32,507 nucleotides of DNA from a virus (IMGVR_UViG_3300014656_000087:1-32507), one strand, 5' to 3'. Numbered from the stretch's first letter, positions 18,292 through 25,521 are shown. The notes: generated by a model from the sequence alone, not told the origin. Numbers and translations: made by a program.

Positions 18292-18628
18292 CTAACCTAC
18301 CATCCTCAAGCATGTGGCATCTCCGGCATAGGGAGCGGATATTCTCTGGGCTGTTATTGGTAGTGTTATCATCCTTGTGGTGTCTCTCCGCCTTCGGGCT
18401 ACCGCATCTTTTGCAAGGCTTGAGAGAATAACAGCGTAATGCTCTAGTTCGTCCAGACTTGATAACAATATCCTCGCCCTTGAAAGCGTGATGGTTAGCA
18501 CCAAATCGCTTACGTTTCTGCACATGTCCCTCAGTTTGCTTATAACCCTTCGGTGCTCCTGCTGATAACTTCGGAACATCTTCCCCTCGCTGCCTTGCCC
18601 GATACCGTCTAGTTGCTTCCTTTGACAT
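18215..18628 (-). CDS. HNH homing endonuclease with NUMOD3-like DNA-binding motif
   Basis: GYKQTEGHVQKR and CKRCG...HHKDDNTTNNSPENIRSLCRRCH; GGAGG RBS before MSKEA. Confidence 0.85.
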   Translation of the reverse strand: MSKEATRRYRARQRGEDVPKLSAGAPKGYKQTEGHVQKRKRFGANHHAFKGEDIVIKSGRTRALRCYSLKPCKRCGSPKAERHHKDDNTTNNSPENIRSLCRRCHMLEDGRLDGLRIIARENQPKAVAARWGKVVLL

Positions 18629-18658
18629 GAGCCTACCTCCATACACTTATCTATTGAT

Positions 18659-18687
18659 ATATTATCACAGACAGGTAGACTTGTCAA
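18659..18687 (-). promoter_or_regulatory. Sigma70-type promoter of the HNH cassette
   Basis: TTGACA-N17-TAATAT with TG extension, starting immediately after the methylase stub. Confidence 0.7.
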
Positions 18688-18729
18688 GTGATAGATAGTC
18701 ACCCATTCATCTTGGTAGTAGGATTTCAC
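18688..18729 (-). pseudogene. Orphan 5' stub of the DNA methyltransferase
   Basis: MKSYYQDEWVTIYH; 9 of 13 residues identical to KWYYSDEWVAIAH within the downstream methylase (18193-18231). Confidence 0.7.
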
Positions 18730-18765
18730 CTAGCAAGTCTCCAAACTAAAATCATCCGCACTTTC

Positions 18766-18999
18766 TTACAGGATGTTAACAACTAACTCAATTTTAACCG
18801 CTCTGGGCAATCGCCACCCGTGAGGTTCTCTCCTTAAATCTTCCCTGTCTTTAATATAACCATATCTCTCTTCTATCCATTCCCTACATTCTCTGCGAGT
18901 TCTAAACACAACTGGTAGATAATTTTCATAGAATATATGCCTTTTAACTCCATCTAATCTATTATGGCTATACCATTGACCTGCCCATAATGTCCTCAT
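18766..18999 (-). CDS. Hypothetical phage protein (77 aa)
   Basis: Clean ORF flanked on both sides by repeat A copies. Confidence 0.7.
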   Translation of the reverse strand: MRTLWAGQWYSHNRLDGVKRHIFYENYLPVVFRTRRECREWIEERYGYIKDREDLRREPHGWRLPRAVKIELVVNIL

Positions 19000-19087
19000 C
19001 TAACCAACCTCCAAACTAAAATCATCCCTACTACAAAACCCACCAAAAGTCAAAGCGTTATATCACTCGCTACTTCATTGCCCTAGA

Positions 19088-19273
19088 TTAAAAACTGTCC
19101 CACTCTGGTAGATTGAAAAAGGTTTCTCCTGGCATATCTACAACCTCTATGAGATATTTGTTGCCAACCTCATCATATTCTATCCCACATTGAATTTCAT
19201 CCCATACTGCCATTCTATCTATGTATAGTGGGATACCCCCTCCATCACCTTCGGTTACTTTCCAAACCTTCAT
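19088..19273 (-). CDS. Hypothetical acidic protein (61 aa)
   Basis: AGGAGGG RBS; ends ...FFNLPEWDSF. Confidence 0.65.
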   Translation of the reverse strand: MKVWKVTEGDGGGIPLYIDRMAVWDEIQCGIEYDEVGNKYLIEVVDMPGETFFNLPEWDSF

Positions 19274-19295
19274 ATTCCCCTCCTTTCAGCATAGA

Positions 19296-19517
19296 TTATT
19301 TAATACTTCTTTTCCAAATCAATACTCCCGCTAAAATCATCCCTGCTATGTAGCCTGTCCAGATAAAGGCTATCTCGAAGACTTGCTCCCACCACACATT
19401 AAGCAATACATCTACTTGCCCAACAACCAGATTGGTAGTCAGGATTATCCCGGTAAGCTCCGCCACAGGGTATATTGTTAGCCCTATTACCAGTAAGAAG
19501 AGTAGTTTCTTAATCAT
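19296..19517 (-). CDS. Small membrane protein
   Basis: Two hydrophobic helices; ends GMILAGVLIWKRSIK; ATGA coupling at 19514-19517. Confidence 0.65.
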   Translation of the reverse strand: MIKKLLFLLVIGLTIYPVAELTGIILTTNLVVGQVDVLLNVWWEQVFEIAFIWTGYIAGMILAGVLIWKRSIK

Positions 19518-19645
19518 AATCCCCAATCCATTGATAAGCTAAAGCACAAGATACCTATATGGAAATGGCGACCAAGATACGAAATTGTTAAAGGCAGGAA
19601 CCACATCCATAAGTGGAAATCAATATTGAACTTTACCATACCCAT
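19514..19645 (-). CDS. Small hydrophobic protein (43 aa)
   Basis: MGMVKFNIDFHLWMWFLPLTISYLGRHFHIGILCFSLSMDWGL; AAGGAGG RBS. Confidence 0.55.
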   Translation of the reverse strand: MGMVKFNIDFHLWMWFLPLTISYLGRHFHIGILCFSLSMDWGL

Positions 19646-19853
19646 ATCCTCCTTCTATCTCTGTAGTCGGCAACATATATCCGCCTTGCCCAGAAACCTC
19701 ACCTGCTCGCCACGTTAAAGCAATCAGGCAAGCAAGTAGTAGGGCTGCCATGACAATAATTGCGATAACTCGCAGGTTCCTCTTCATGTTTTTACCTCCG
19801 TAGGGACTGAGTGGGTTCTTAAAGATTAGCTTGGTTAGTAGTCTGTTTTTCAA
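19620..19853 (-). CDS. Small membrane protein carrying the repeat B leader
   Basis: MKNRLLTKLIFKNPLSPYGG-KNMKRNLRVIAIIVMAALLLACLIAL; internal GGAGG RBS before the second Met. Confidence 0.55.
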   Translation of the reverse strand: MKNRLLTKLIFKNPLSPYGGKNMKRNLRVIAIIVMAALLLACLIALTWRAGEVSGQGGYMLPTTEIEGGYGYGKVQY

Positions 19854-19872
19854 TTTACTTGAAACCTCCCTT

Positions 19873-20130
19873 TTACGCTGGCTTAACTATGTCGTGGATA
19901 AACCTGAGTGCCATCGCTCCGAGGTGTATGGCTTCCTTCCGCATCCTCACTATGTCGTATTCGGTCTGCTTCTTGAAGACCTCACGTTTTAGTTCCTCGT
20001 ACTCTTCAAGGATAACAGCCAGACCCTCGTGAGCAGAATGGAAGGGCGGGAACTTCGTTGCCGCGTTATGCGCCTCAGTTGCCATCTCCAAGCCTATCCT
20101 ATTCAGGTCAATCGACTTTGCGTGCATCAT
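19873..20130 (-). CDS. MazG-like nucleotide pyrophosphohydrolase-fold protein
   Basis: FHSAHEGLAVILEEYEELKREVF...RKEAIHLGAMALRF shows the EExxE...E all-alpha NTP-PPase pattern. Confidence 0.65.
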   Translation of the reverse strand: MMHAKSIDLNRIGLEMATEAHNAATKFPPFHSAHEGLAVILEEYEELKREVFKKQTEYDIVRMRKEAIHLGAMALRFIHDIVKPA

Positions 20131-20140
20131 CCCTCCTTAC

Positions 20141-20310
20141 TTAAGTGTCCAAAGCCATCTCAGATATACACTCTAAGAGTTTGCTGATTTCGTCCTCGTG
20201 TGGGAGATCGGACATGTCGACACCACCACTCACATACAGAAGCTCGACCCCTATCACTGTTCCGTCTTCTGCGTGGTCAACAAACCTTGTCTCATCAAGT
20301 TCTTCCGACC
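20141..20310 (-). pseudogene. 5'-truncated DUF2283-like gene
   Basis: ELDETRFVDHAEDGTVIGVELLYVSGGVDMSDLPHEDEISKLL resembles the DUF2283 C-terminal half. Upstream in frame is a TAA inside repeat B, with no start codon. Confidence 0.55.
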
Positions 20311-20360
20311 TCCATAGGGGCTGAGTGGGTTCTTAAAGATTAACCTGGTCAATAGTCTTT

Positions 20361-20594
20361 TCATTTATATCTCCATTTAACCATCTCGTAATCATCTATA
20401 GAATAAGGCTTCGGTGGTGGCTTGAGATTAAACTCTATCCACGCTCCACAAGGACAAGGTGCGTAAAAGTTCCTGACTTCCCAAAAATCAAGAATATCCA
20501 TATTACAAGGCCCGTCTTTACTCTGAAAGCCATCGACTTTAACTCCACACTCAGGACAAGGCATCTCATAACGAATATCATCGAACATTCCCAT
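20361..20594 (-). CDS. Zinc-ribbon hypothetical protein (77 aa)
   Basis: MGMFDDIRYEMPCPECG...FQSKDGPC...CPCG; this internal start has a GGGGG RBS. Confidence 0.7.
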   Translation of the reverse strand: MGMFDDIRYEMPCPECGVKVDGFQSKDGPCNMDILDFWEVRNFYAPCPCGAWIEFNLKPPPKPYSIDDYEMVKWRYK

Positions 20595-20595
20595 A

Positions 20596-20712
20596 TCATT
20601 CCCCCTTCTTACGATACTCAAGATACTTCTCAACACTAGGACGATGAGGACTAGACGCAGGCCATTGACCCCTCCACCACGCCACAAACCTCTCCCATTC
20701 CTTATCGGTCAT
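20596..20712 (-). CDS. Small hypothetical protein (38 aa)
   Basis: MTDKEWERFVAWWRGQWPASSPHRPSVEKYLEYRKKGE; GAGGAG RBS. Confidence 0.55.
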   Translation of the reverse strand: MTDKEWERFVAWWRGQWPASSPHRPSVEKYLEYRKKGE

Positions 20713-20730
20713 AAATCCTCCTCTACTTTA

Positions 20731-20928
20731 CTACTTTGAACACTCCCGTCTCTCTCTCCTCCACGTTAGATAACACGCTTTACACCAATAATGGAGCTTT
20801 TCCTTAGAGCCGTAGAAAAACTCACGGTCTGCTGGCCACCATTCGTCACATTTTGGACAGTGCCTCTCGACCCCACCATCTTCATCTAGCCGTTCTTTCA
20901 CTGTTTTTCTATCCACCATTACACTCAT
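20731..20928 (-). CDS. Zinc-finger protein (endonuclease-associated CxxC...FF...CKxC type)
   Basis: CPKCDEWWPADREFFYG...WCKACY. Confidence 0.65.
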   Translation of the reverse strand: MSVMVDRKTVKERLDEDGGVERHCPKCDEWWPADREFFYGSKEKLHYWCKACYLTWRRERRECSK

Positions 20929-21236
20929 TTTTTCTCCTCCTCTAATATAGATACTATCTCATCAAAGTCAGACGGTCTCCATAGATAGACTTCACACCCC
21001 GGACAGTTCTGCAATGTATAGAGCCACATCCGTTGACTTTCTGTCGGCTGGCCTGTCTCTGATTTGAGTTCTGCGAGAATAAGCCTAGGCGGTTTACAAA
21101 GAGCCACGTCAGGCCAGCCTTTGGGGGAATGAAAGGATTGCCAGGTAAAATAAAACATCCATCCGAATGTCTTGGCCAAGTCTCTTATCTGTTCCCTAAA
21201 TTGCGCCTCGGTTATCTCTAGCCCTGTCTTGGCCAT
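20925..21236 (-). CDS. VRR-NUC family nuclease
   Basis: TEAQF...GWPDV...AELKSETG...Q..W PD-(D/E)xK motif. Confidence 0.85.
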   Translation of the reverse strand: MAKTGLEITEAQFREQIRDLAKTFGWMFYFTWQSFHSPKGWPDVALCKPPRLILAELKSETGQPTESQRMWLYTLQNCPGCEVYLWRPSDFDEIVSILEEEKK

Positions 21237-21499
21237 CTCCCCTCCAACTCAGCCTTCAGCCTCTGATAATCCTCCGGTGTAATGATAATGTTTTCCCTCT
21301 CACTAAATTGGCATTTGTGTGCTTCTAACCACTCCACAAACCACCTCAGCGCATTAATACGGTCAAGGTCCCGTTGGGCTTCCCTTGTCCAAACTAAGAC
21401 ATCAGCCATTTTAGCCTCTAAGTTCTTGATACGGAACCAATCATAGTCCTTTCTTATATCGGCTTCCAATTGCTCATCACTCAATATCGGTAGTTTCAT
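21218..21499 (-). CDS. Hypothetical protein (93 aa)
   Basis: GGAGG RBS; 'AQRDLD' motif; clean ORF in the operon. Confidence 0.65.
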   Translation of the reverse strand: MKLPILSDEQLEADIRKDYDWFRIKNLEAKMADVLVWTREAQRDLDRINALRWFVEWLEAHKCQFSERENIIITPEDYQRLKAELEGRWPRQG

Positions 21500-21854
21500 T
21501 ATTTCTCCTCCCTTCTCCGAAGGGGAGGGGGCAGGCAGCTATCACTGTATGCTGTCATTAAGAGAACCTCACCCCCACCCCTGCCAGCTAGTAAGCACCA
21601 GAGCCTTCCTCCACTTGTTGCTACTCATTTCAACTGCGCCCTTTCGGGTAGCTGGCCCCTTGCTGGGGTTGCTGCGTTTGTCCTCTGGACTCTCTGCCCT
21701 TAACTCCCATTAAGGGTTTCTGCACTAGCCCTTCGCATACCTCCGATTCGCCTATCCTTCCCTCGGTCTAACTAGGGTCCTTAGCCCTAGCTCGGAGTAC
21801 CACACTACCCCCATGATAGTCTCCCAGCAAGCTATTCAGTTGTTAAGTTTCTCT
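21500..21854 (-). ncRNA. Candidate structured non-coding RNA (~350 nt)
   Basis: Large gap in a tightly packed operon, containing many stems: GCTAGGG/CCCTAGT, CCCTTAA/TTAAGGG, CCCC-AGCAA-GGGG, CCC-GAAA-GGG, TACTCCGA/TCGGAGGTA and long-range GCTAGT/ACTAGC. Confidence 0.55.
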
Positions 21855-22025
21855 CTATACCCGGCCTCCGCCGTAATGGGACTCGGTGAGTGCCATATCT
21901 TTGATAGCACACCGATCCTGAGACTCGACCCACCAGGCGCATTCGTGTTTCTGACACAACCAATTACTTACGTCAGTGCCACCCTTTGCAATCGCCATCA
22001 GTGGACATATTACGAATTCACTCAC
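21855..22025 (-). CDS. Small Cys-rich protein (56 aa)
   Basis: MSEFVICPLM...CQKHECAWW...CAIK; GTGA overlap with the upstream stop. Confidence 0.65.
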   Translation of the reverse strand: MSEFVICPLMAIAKGGTDVSNWLCQKHECAWWVESQDRCAIKDMALTESHYGGGRV

Positions 22026-23335
22026 TGTACGCCTCCCTGATTCATTTCCAGTCTGTCCTGGATTTCTTTGACGAATACCTGGTGTTCCTCATTGGTCAAC
22101 CGCCCCAGCACTTTAGCTAGGGTGCCTTCGATATTGATACCTGGGATGTTAACAGTCAGCCAACTAATGGCCGTCTGTGGCTTCCACTTGAGTACCTTGA
22201 GACTATCCTTTACCCAGTCCATATCAATGCCCACCACGCCGTCATCGTCGTCAGGTACCTTATCCGTAACAGTTTCCACGAACTCGTCGGGCGCTTCCAT
22301 TACGGATTCCATTTTGGCGGCTTCCTTCTCGCTGTACCAGTTACCGACATTATTGGGCCGTATGATCCATATCAGGATTTGGTTAGTTTCCTTTACCCGC
22401 AACTTCTGGCCCGGGCGGCCCATTGGCAGCGGGTCCCGCTGACCTATCACGGGTATCTGTTCCTCAACGTAAGCCTGGCCTGCAATTACGTTTCCCTCAA
22501 TGGCAGCTGCCTTGTCAGCGACCTTCACTATCTTGTCCCATGCCTCCTCACCGTCAAGGCCACCGTTGCCCTCAGTAACCGTAGGCAAGTCGGCAAATAT
22601 GGCGTCCTCATCAGGTCGGGGCAAACTCACCTCCTGCACCAGTTCCAGCGGTGGCATAGACGCCTTGCGGTACGCTTCCAGCATCTTATCCTGGCTCCGC
22701 AGATTAAGTACCCGCACCGTCTTTTTCTTCCCATCATCGGGGTTGGTTACCTCTTTGGGCTCAAGTGCCAGTATCAGCGGGACCATGGCAACCCGCCCGT
22801 AAACCTGGCGTACCAGGTCTACGGCACTGTTGATATTGATGATGCTGTTGATGCTCCCTGTGTCTATCTGCCAGACACCGAAGCCGCTGACCTCGGGCAA
22901 TAAGAATTGAAGATTCATTACCTCACCGCAGCCGGTGCGGCCATAGTCCGGGCATTCCCGGCCCTGGCAGGGTATTTCCTGCAGTTCGGCCTCTTTTGTG
23001 TAGCGATTAGCCATTGCCCCGGTAGCCGTATCAACCATGCGTACCGCCGTCTCCCCATCGCCTTTGCATATCAGGCCACGGGTACGGCTATAGCAGCGGT
23101 AATACTGGCTGGCAAACTTCTCGTCATCCTCAACGGGTATGATTACCCGTAGCTCCGTGGGCTTGGGACCATAGGTGGCTATAAGCTCCTCAAGCTGTGG
23201 GTGGTCGGGCGGGTACACGAAATGCTGCGCCGCCCTGGGGTATTCTACGCCGTCCTCCCGTTTTACCTTGTACCCCAGGTGTATCTTACCTATCCGGGGT
23301 AGCCGGCGTTGGTCACTCAATCCCTTTATCGGCAT
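22022..23335 (-). CDS. Gp3-like / recombination directionality factor-like protein (putative recombination/annealing protein)
   Basis: MPIKGLS..RRLPRIGKIHLG, CKGDG, C...CP...C, L.FLLPEV.GFGVWQIDTGS.NSI signature; acidic C-terminal tail. Confidence 0.8.
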   Translation of the reverse strand: MPIKGLSDQRRLPRIGKIHLGYKVKREDGVEYPRAAQHFVYPPDHPQLEELIATYGPKPTELRVIIPVEDDEKFASQYYRCYSRTRGLICKGDGETAVRMVDTATGAMANRYTKEAELQEIPCQGRECPDYGRTGCGEVMNLQFLLPEVSGFGVWQIDTGSINSIININSAVDLVRQVYGRVAMVPLILALEPKEVTNPDDGKKKTVRVLNLRSQDKMLEAYRKASMPPLELVQEVSLPRPDEDAIFADLPTVTEGNGGLDGEEAWDKIVKVADKAAAIEGNVIAGQAYVEEQIPVIGQRDPLPMGRPGQKLRVKETNQILIWIIRPNNVGNWYSEKEAAKMESVMEAPDEFVETVTDKVPDDDDGVVGIDMDWVKDSLKVLKWKPQTAISWLTVNIPGINIEGTLAKVLGRLTNEEHQVFVKEIQDRLEMNQGGVQ

Positions 23336-23379
23336 GTTCGGTTTCCTCCTTTACTTTAATGCTTTGTAAGAATTGTAGA

Positions 23380-24036
23380 CTACCTTGCATTTACCGCAAT
23401 GATTGGTTCGTTGTAAATCTCGATGCCCGGGATAGTCCTGGTATCCTTGTATGACTTAGCAGCAGGCGTCACTACGGCCGGGTTAATCATTTTGTACTCG
23501 TCCGGTACAAGGGTAAAGTTCACCACTTTCCACTTCCAGTTGTCTCTCTGGCCTATGGTGCCCATATCGGTACTTACCCGCGTTGGGGCTTCGGCTACCA
23601 CTTCAACGAGGTCTACTGATTCGGTCAGTTCGCCCTTCAGTTCCATTTCGGCCCTGGCGGCGTCCATGCGCATCTGGTTGATACGCTCCTGCTCTTGCCG
23701 GATGACTTGTTGCTTCACCTGGAATTCCAGTATCTTGGCCCGGGTCGTTTTATCAGCTATCTCAATCGGCTCCATCAGTGTCTTGAAGGCATCATTAAAG
23801 TCCTTGACCTGGCCCTGGAGTGGTACGACGTATTCCTTCCGCTTCTCCTCAAGGGCCTTCTTTAATTGGGAGATAACGCTGAGGTCGTTGGTCACTGGGG
23901 TGAGGTCTTCTGCCGTTCTAATTACCAGCTTCTCCGCATACTCTCGTAACCCGTTGGCCTGGTTCCAGAAGGACATGACCGCACTATCACTCTCCAGTCT
24001 GACTAGCGCCATTGTCTGTTCCTTAGTCTCTATCAT
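23380..24036 (-). CDS. Coiled-coil phage protein typically linked to recombination genes
   Basis: K.LEEKRKEYVVPL...FK...P and WKWKVVNF.LVPDEY...IPGIEIY motifs. Confidence 0.7.
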   Translation of the reverse strand: MIETKEQTMALVRLESDSAVMSFWNQANGLREYAEKLVIRTAEDLTPVTNDLSVISQLKKALEEKRKEYVVPLQGQVKDFNDAFKTLMEPIEIADKTTRAKILEFQVKQQVIRQEQERINQMRMDAARAEMELKGELTESVDLVEVVAEAPTRVSTDMGTIGQRDNWKWKVVNFTLVPDEYKMINPAVVTPAAKSYKDTRTIPGIEIYNEPIIAVNAR

Positions 24037-24040
24037 TTAG

Positions 24041-24346
24041 TTACCTCCTTTCGCACCTATCTAAGCAAGTTTCTATATCGTTACAGAAATATTCCGTAGT
24101 ATCACGGCCTAGTATATGCGTAGGCTGCTCGCTTACATCCAGTCCCCGGTGTCCACACCTCCAGCAGGTTTTAGTTTGACTGATTGCTTCCTGGATACGG
24201 GCATAGGTCACTGTTTTACTCACCCAAGCGATAATGAATTCCCCTTTGCAGTTGAGGGTGGTACAGTCCCACAGTTCCTCAAGTTCGTAGCCTGCCTGCC
24301 TCTGCTCTTTAGTCAGTGCCCCTTCTAATACTTCCTGATATAACAT
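24041..24346 (-). CDS. Hypothetical protein with CxxC motif
   Basis: AAGGAGG RBS; CWRCG...C...C. Confidence 0.65.
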   Translation of the reverse strand: MLYQEVLEGALTKEQRQAGYELEELWDCTTLNCKGEFIIAWVSKTVTYARIQEAISQTKTCWRCGHRGLDVSEQPTHILGRDTTEYFCNDIETCLDRCERR

Positions 24347-24371
24347 TTTAACCCTCCTTTAGTCATGGGAT

Positions 24372-24995
24372 TTAACTCTCCCCTCTTATTAAGATTCTAA
24401 ACCTATCTATCTGCCATTCTTTTTCAGCAGCCCAAGCAGCAGCCCAAGCAGCATCCCAAGCAGCAGCCTCAGCAGCATCCCAAGCAGCAGCCCCAGCAGC
24501 ATCCCAAGCAGCAGCCCAAGCAGCATCCCCAGCAGCATCCCTAGCAGCAGCCTCAGCAGCAGCCCCAGCAGCAGCCTCAGCAGCAGCCCCAGCAGCATCC
24601 CTAGCAGCAGCCCCAGCAGCATCCCTAGAAGCAGCCTCAGCAGCATCCCTAGCAGCAGCCAATTCCTCTTGCGTAACTTCGTTGTTGGCGTATTTACGAG
24701 CAATCACTATCGCCTGTTGGGGTCTTTTGTCTATCGGGTGTTTCTTTACAAACAATGGCAATACCCTCTCGGCACAGTCACACACAAAGATTCTTACTTC
24801 TTTGTCGGCTGGCTCAATAAGAATCCTTAAAGCCCATAGCGCATCATCAAATCCGCAAACCTCAAGTACCTTTTCCATTTCTATAGGAGTACCCTGTCCG
24901 TAATTCCGAACTCCACCGAGAGCCTTTGCCATCTTCTTATAGCTCTCCTTGCAAGCCCCTCCTTTTTTAGCTTCCCTGAATGTTGTGTATAACAT
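24372..24995 (-). CDS. Imm5-like protein with Ala-rich tetrapeptide repeats
   Basis: DALWALR...FVCDCAERVLPLF...DKRPQQAI..AR, followed by AA[WRGE][AD] repeats and EKEWQ. Confidence 0.7.
   Translation of the reverse strand: MLYTTFREAKKGGACKESYKKMAKALGGVRNYGQGTPIEMEKVLEVCGFDDALWALRILIEPADKEVRIFVCDCAERVLPLFVKKHPIDKRPQQAIVIARKYANNEVTQEELAAARDAAEAASRDAAGAAARDAAGAAAEAAAGAAAEAAARDAAGDAAWAAAWDAAGAAAWDAAEAAAWDAAWAAAWAAEKEWQIDRFRILIRGES
24426..24660. repeat. 12-bp coding tandem repeat (~19 units)
   Basis: gcagcccaagca / gcatcccaagca / gcagcctcagca / gcatccctagca variants in tandem. Confidence 0.9.
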
Positions 24996-25072
24996 TAATC
25001 CCCCTTTTTTAATCCCGAAACAAGTGCGGAAAGTGTCTCCCCAGCCAGTCTTTCCTTAGTGCCCTGGAATCC

Positions 25073-25180
25073 TCAAGCTGTTTCCAGGTCGTACTTAGCT
25101 CGGTGCCGCTCCTCCCAATGGTCTACCAAGTGCTGGAACTGGGCAAAACTCTCCGGGCATCGGACACACTCAAACTTCAT
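25073..25180 (-). CDS. Single classical C2H2 zinc-finger protein (35 aa)
   Basis: MKFECVRCPESFAQFQHLVDHWEERHRAKYDLETA fits F-x-C-x2-C-x3-F-x5-L-x2-H-x4-H; ATGA overlap with the upstream stop. Confidence 0.65.
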   Translation of the reverse strand: MKFECVRCPESFAQFQHLVDHWEERHRAKYDLETA

Positions 25181-25383
25181 TTTGCCCATCCCCGTTCTTC
25201 TTTGCTTAATGGTTCGCCCATCTCATCATAGTCAAGGCACGTTTCACAAATGGCCATCTTCAAAGGTGCACCTCTGGCTACGTTTAGTATGGTAACTCTT
25301 CCCTCAAAACTATGCCCTTTGGCACAAACCACTTCAGTCCTATTAACCTTAGCGTTGAAACATTGATACAGTTGTCTTTTCAT
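25177..25383 (-). CDS. Small Cys-containing hypothetical protein
   Basis: C..AKV...CAKGH...CETC; GGGG RBS. Confidence 0.65.
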   Translation of the reverse strand: MKRQLYQCFNAKVNRTEVVCAKGHSFEGRVTILNVARGAPLKMAICETCLDYDEMGEPLSKEERGWAK

Positions 25384-25521
25384 TTTATTCCCCGCTTCAA
25401 CACAGTGTCTTTAGCTTCCGGCAAGTTGCACCTCCCTCTTTATGCTACACCAAAGCGTTAAATATTACTCTGCCTATCATCATTCCCCTTCCTCACTCGT
25501 TCCGATTCTCGTCAGAGTGAA

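Larger units (their letters stand above)
15355..19343 (-). repeat. Dispersed junction repeat A (core GGATGATTTTAG, extended ATGATTTTAGTTTGGAGGTTGG)
   Basis: Plus-strand copies: gctaaaatcatccc at 15355-15368 and 19330-19343; ccaacctccaaactaaaatcat at 17413-17434 and 19004-19025; ctccaaactaaaatcatcc at 18739-18757; degenerate caacatccaaactaaaa at 17205-17221. Confidence 0.85.
19794..20364 (-). repeat. Direct repeat B (~55 bp, two copies: 19794-19853 and 20308-20364)
   Basis: 45 of 51 aligned nucleotides are identical; both copies encode (M)K(N)RLLT[RK]LIFKNPLSPYGG. Confidence 0.85.

Noticed and set aside
18193-18687. Group I intron in the methylase
   Set aside because: The insert is almost all promoter plus ORF, with no room for a catalytic core and no U|...G splice boundaries. 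The 5' exon is duplicated rather than simply split.
18292-18729. 145-aa ORF from the track
   Set aside because: Only the first 14 codons resemble a protein (methylase stub); the rest is read-through across the promoter and an alternative frame of the HNH gene.
15355-19343. Repeat A as a CRISPR array or integron attC sites
   Set aside because: Spacing is irregular and gene-sized, the repeats are not palindromic, there are no RYYYAAC/GTTRRRY ends, and no cas or integrase gene is present.
21500-21854. tRNA, tmRNA, RNase P or group II intron
   Set aside because: No cloverleaf/TTCGA-CCA end, no tag ORF, no GAGGAAAGTCC core and no domain V; kept only as an unknown structured RNA.
24407-24703. LLGM-repeat ORF, and the tandem tract as a CRISPR or DGR
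   Set aside because: It is an alternative frame of the 12-bp coding repeat, with no spacers, no reverse transcriptase and no TR/VR pair.
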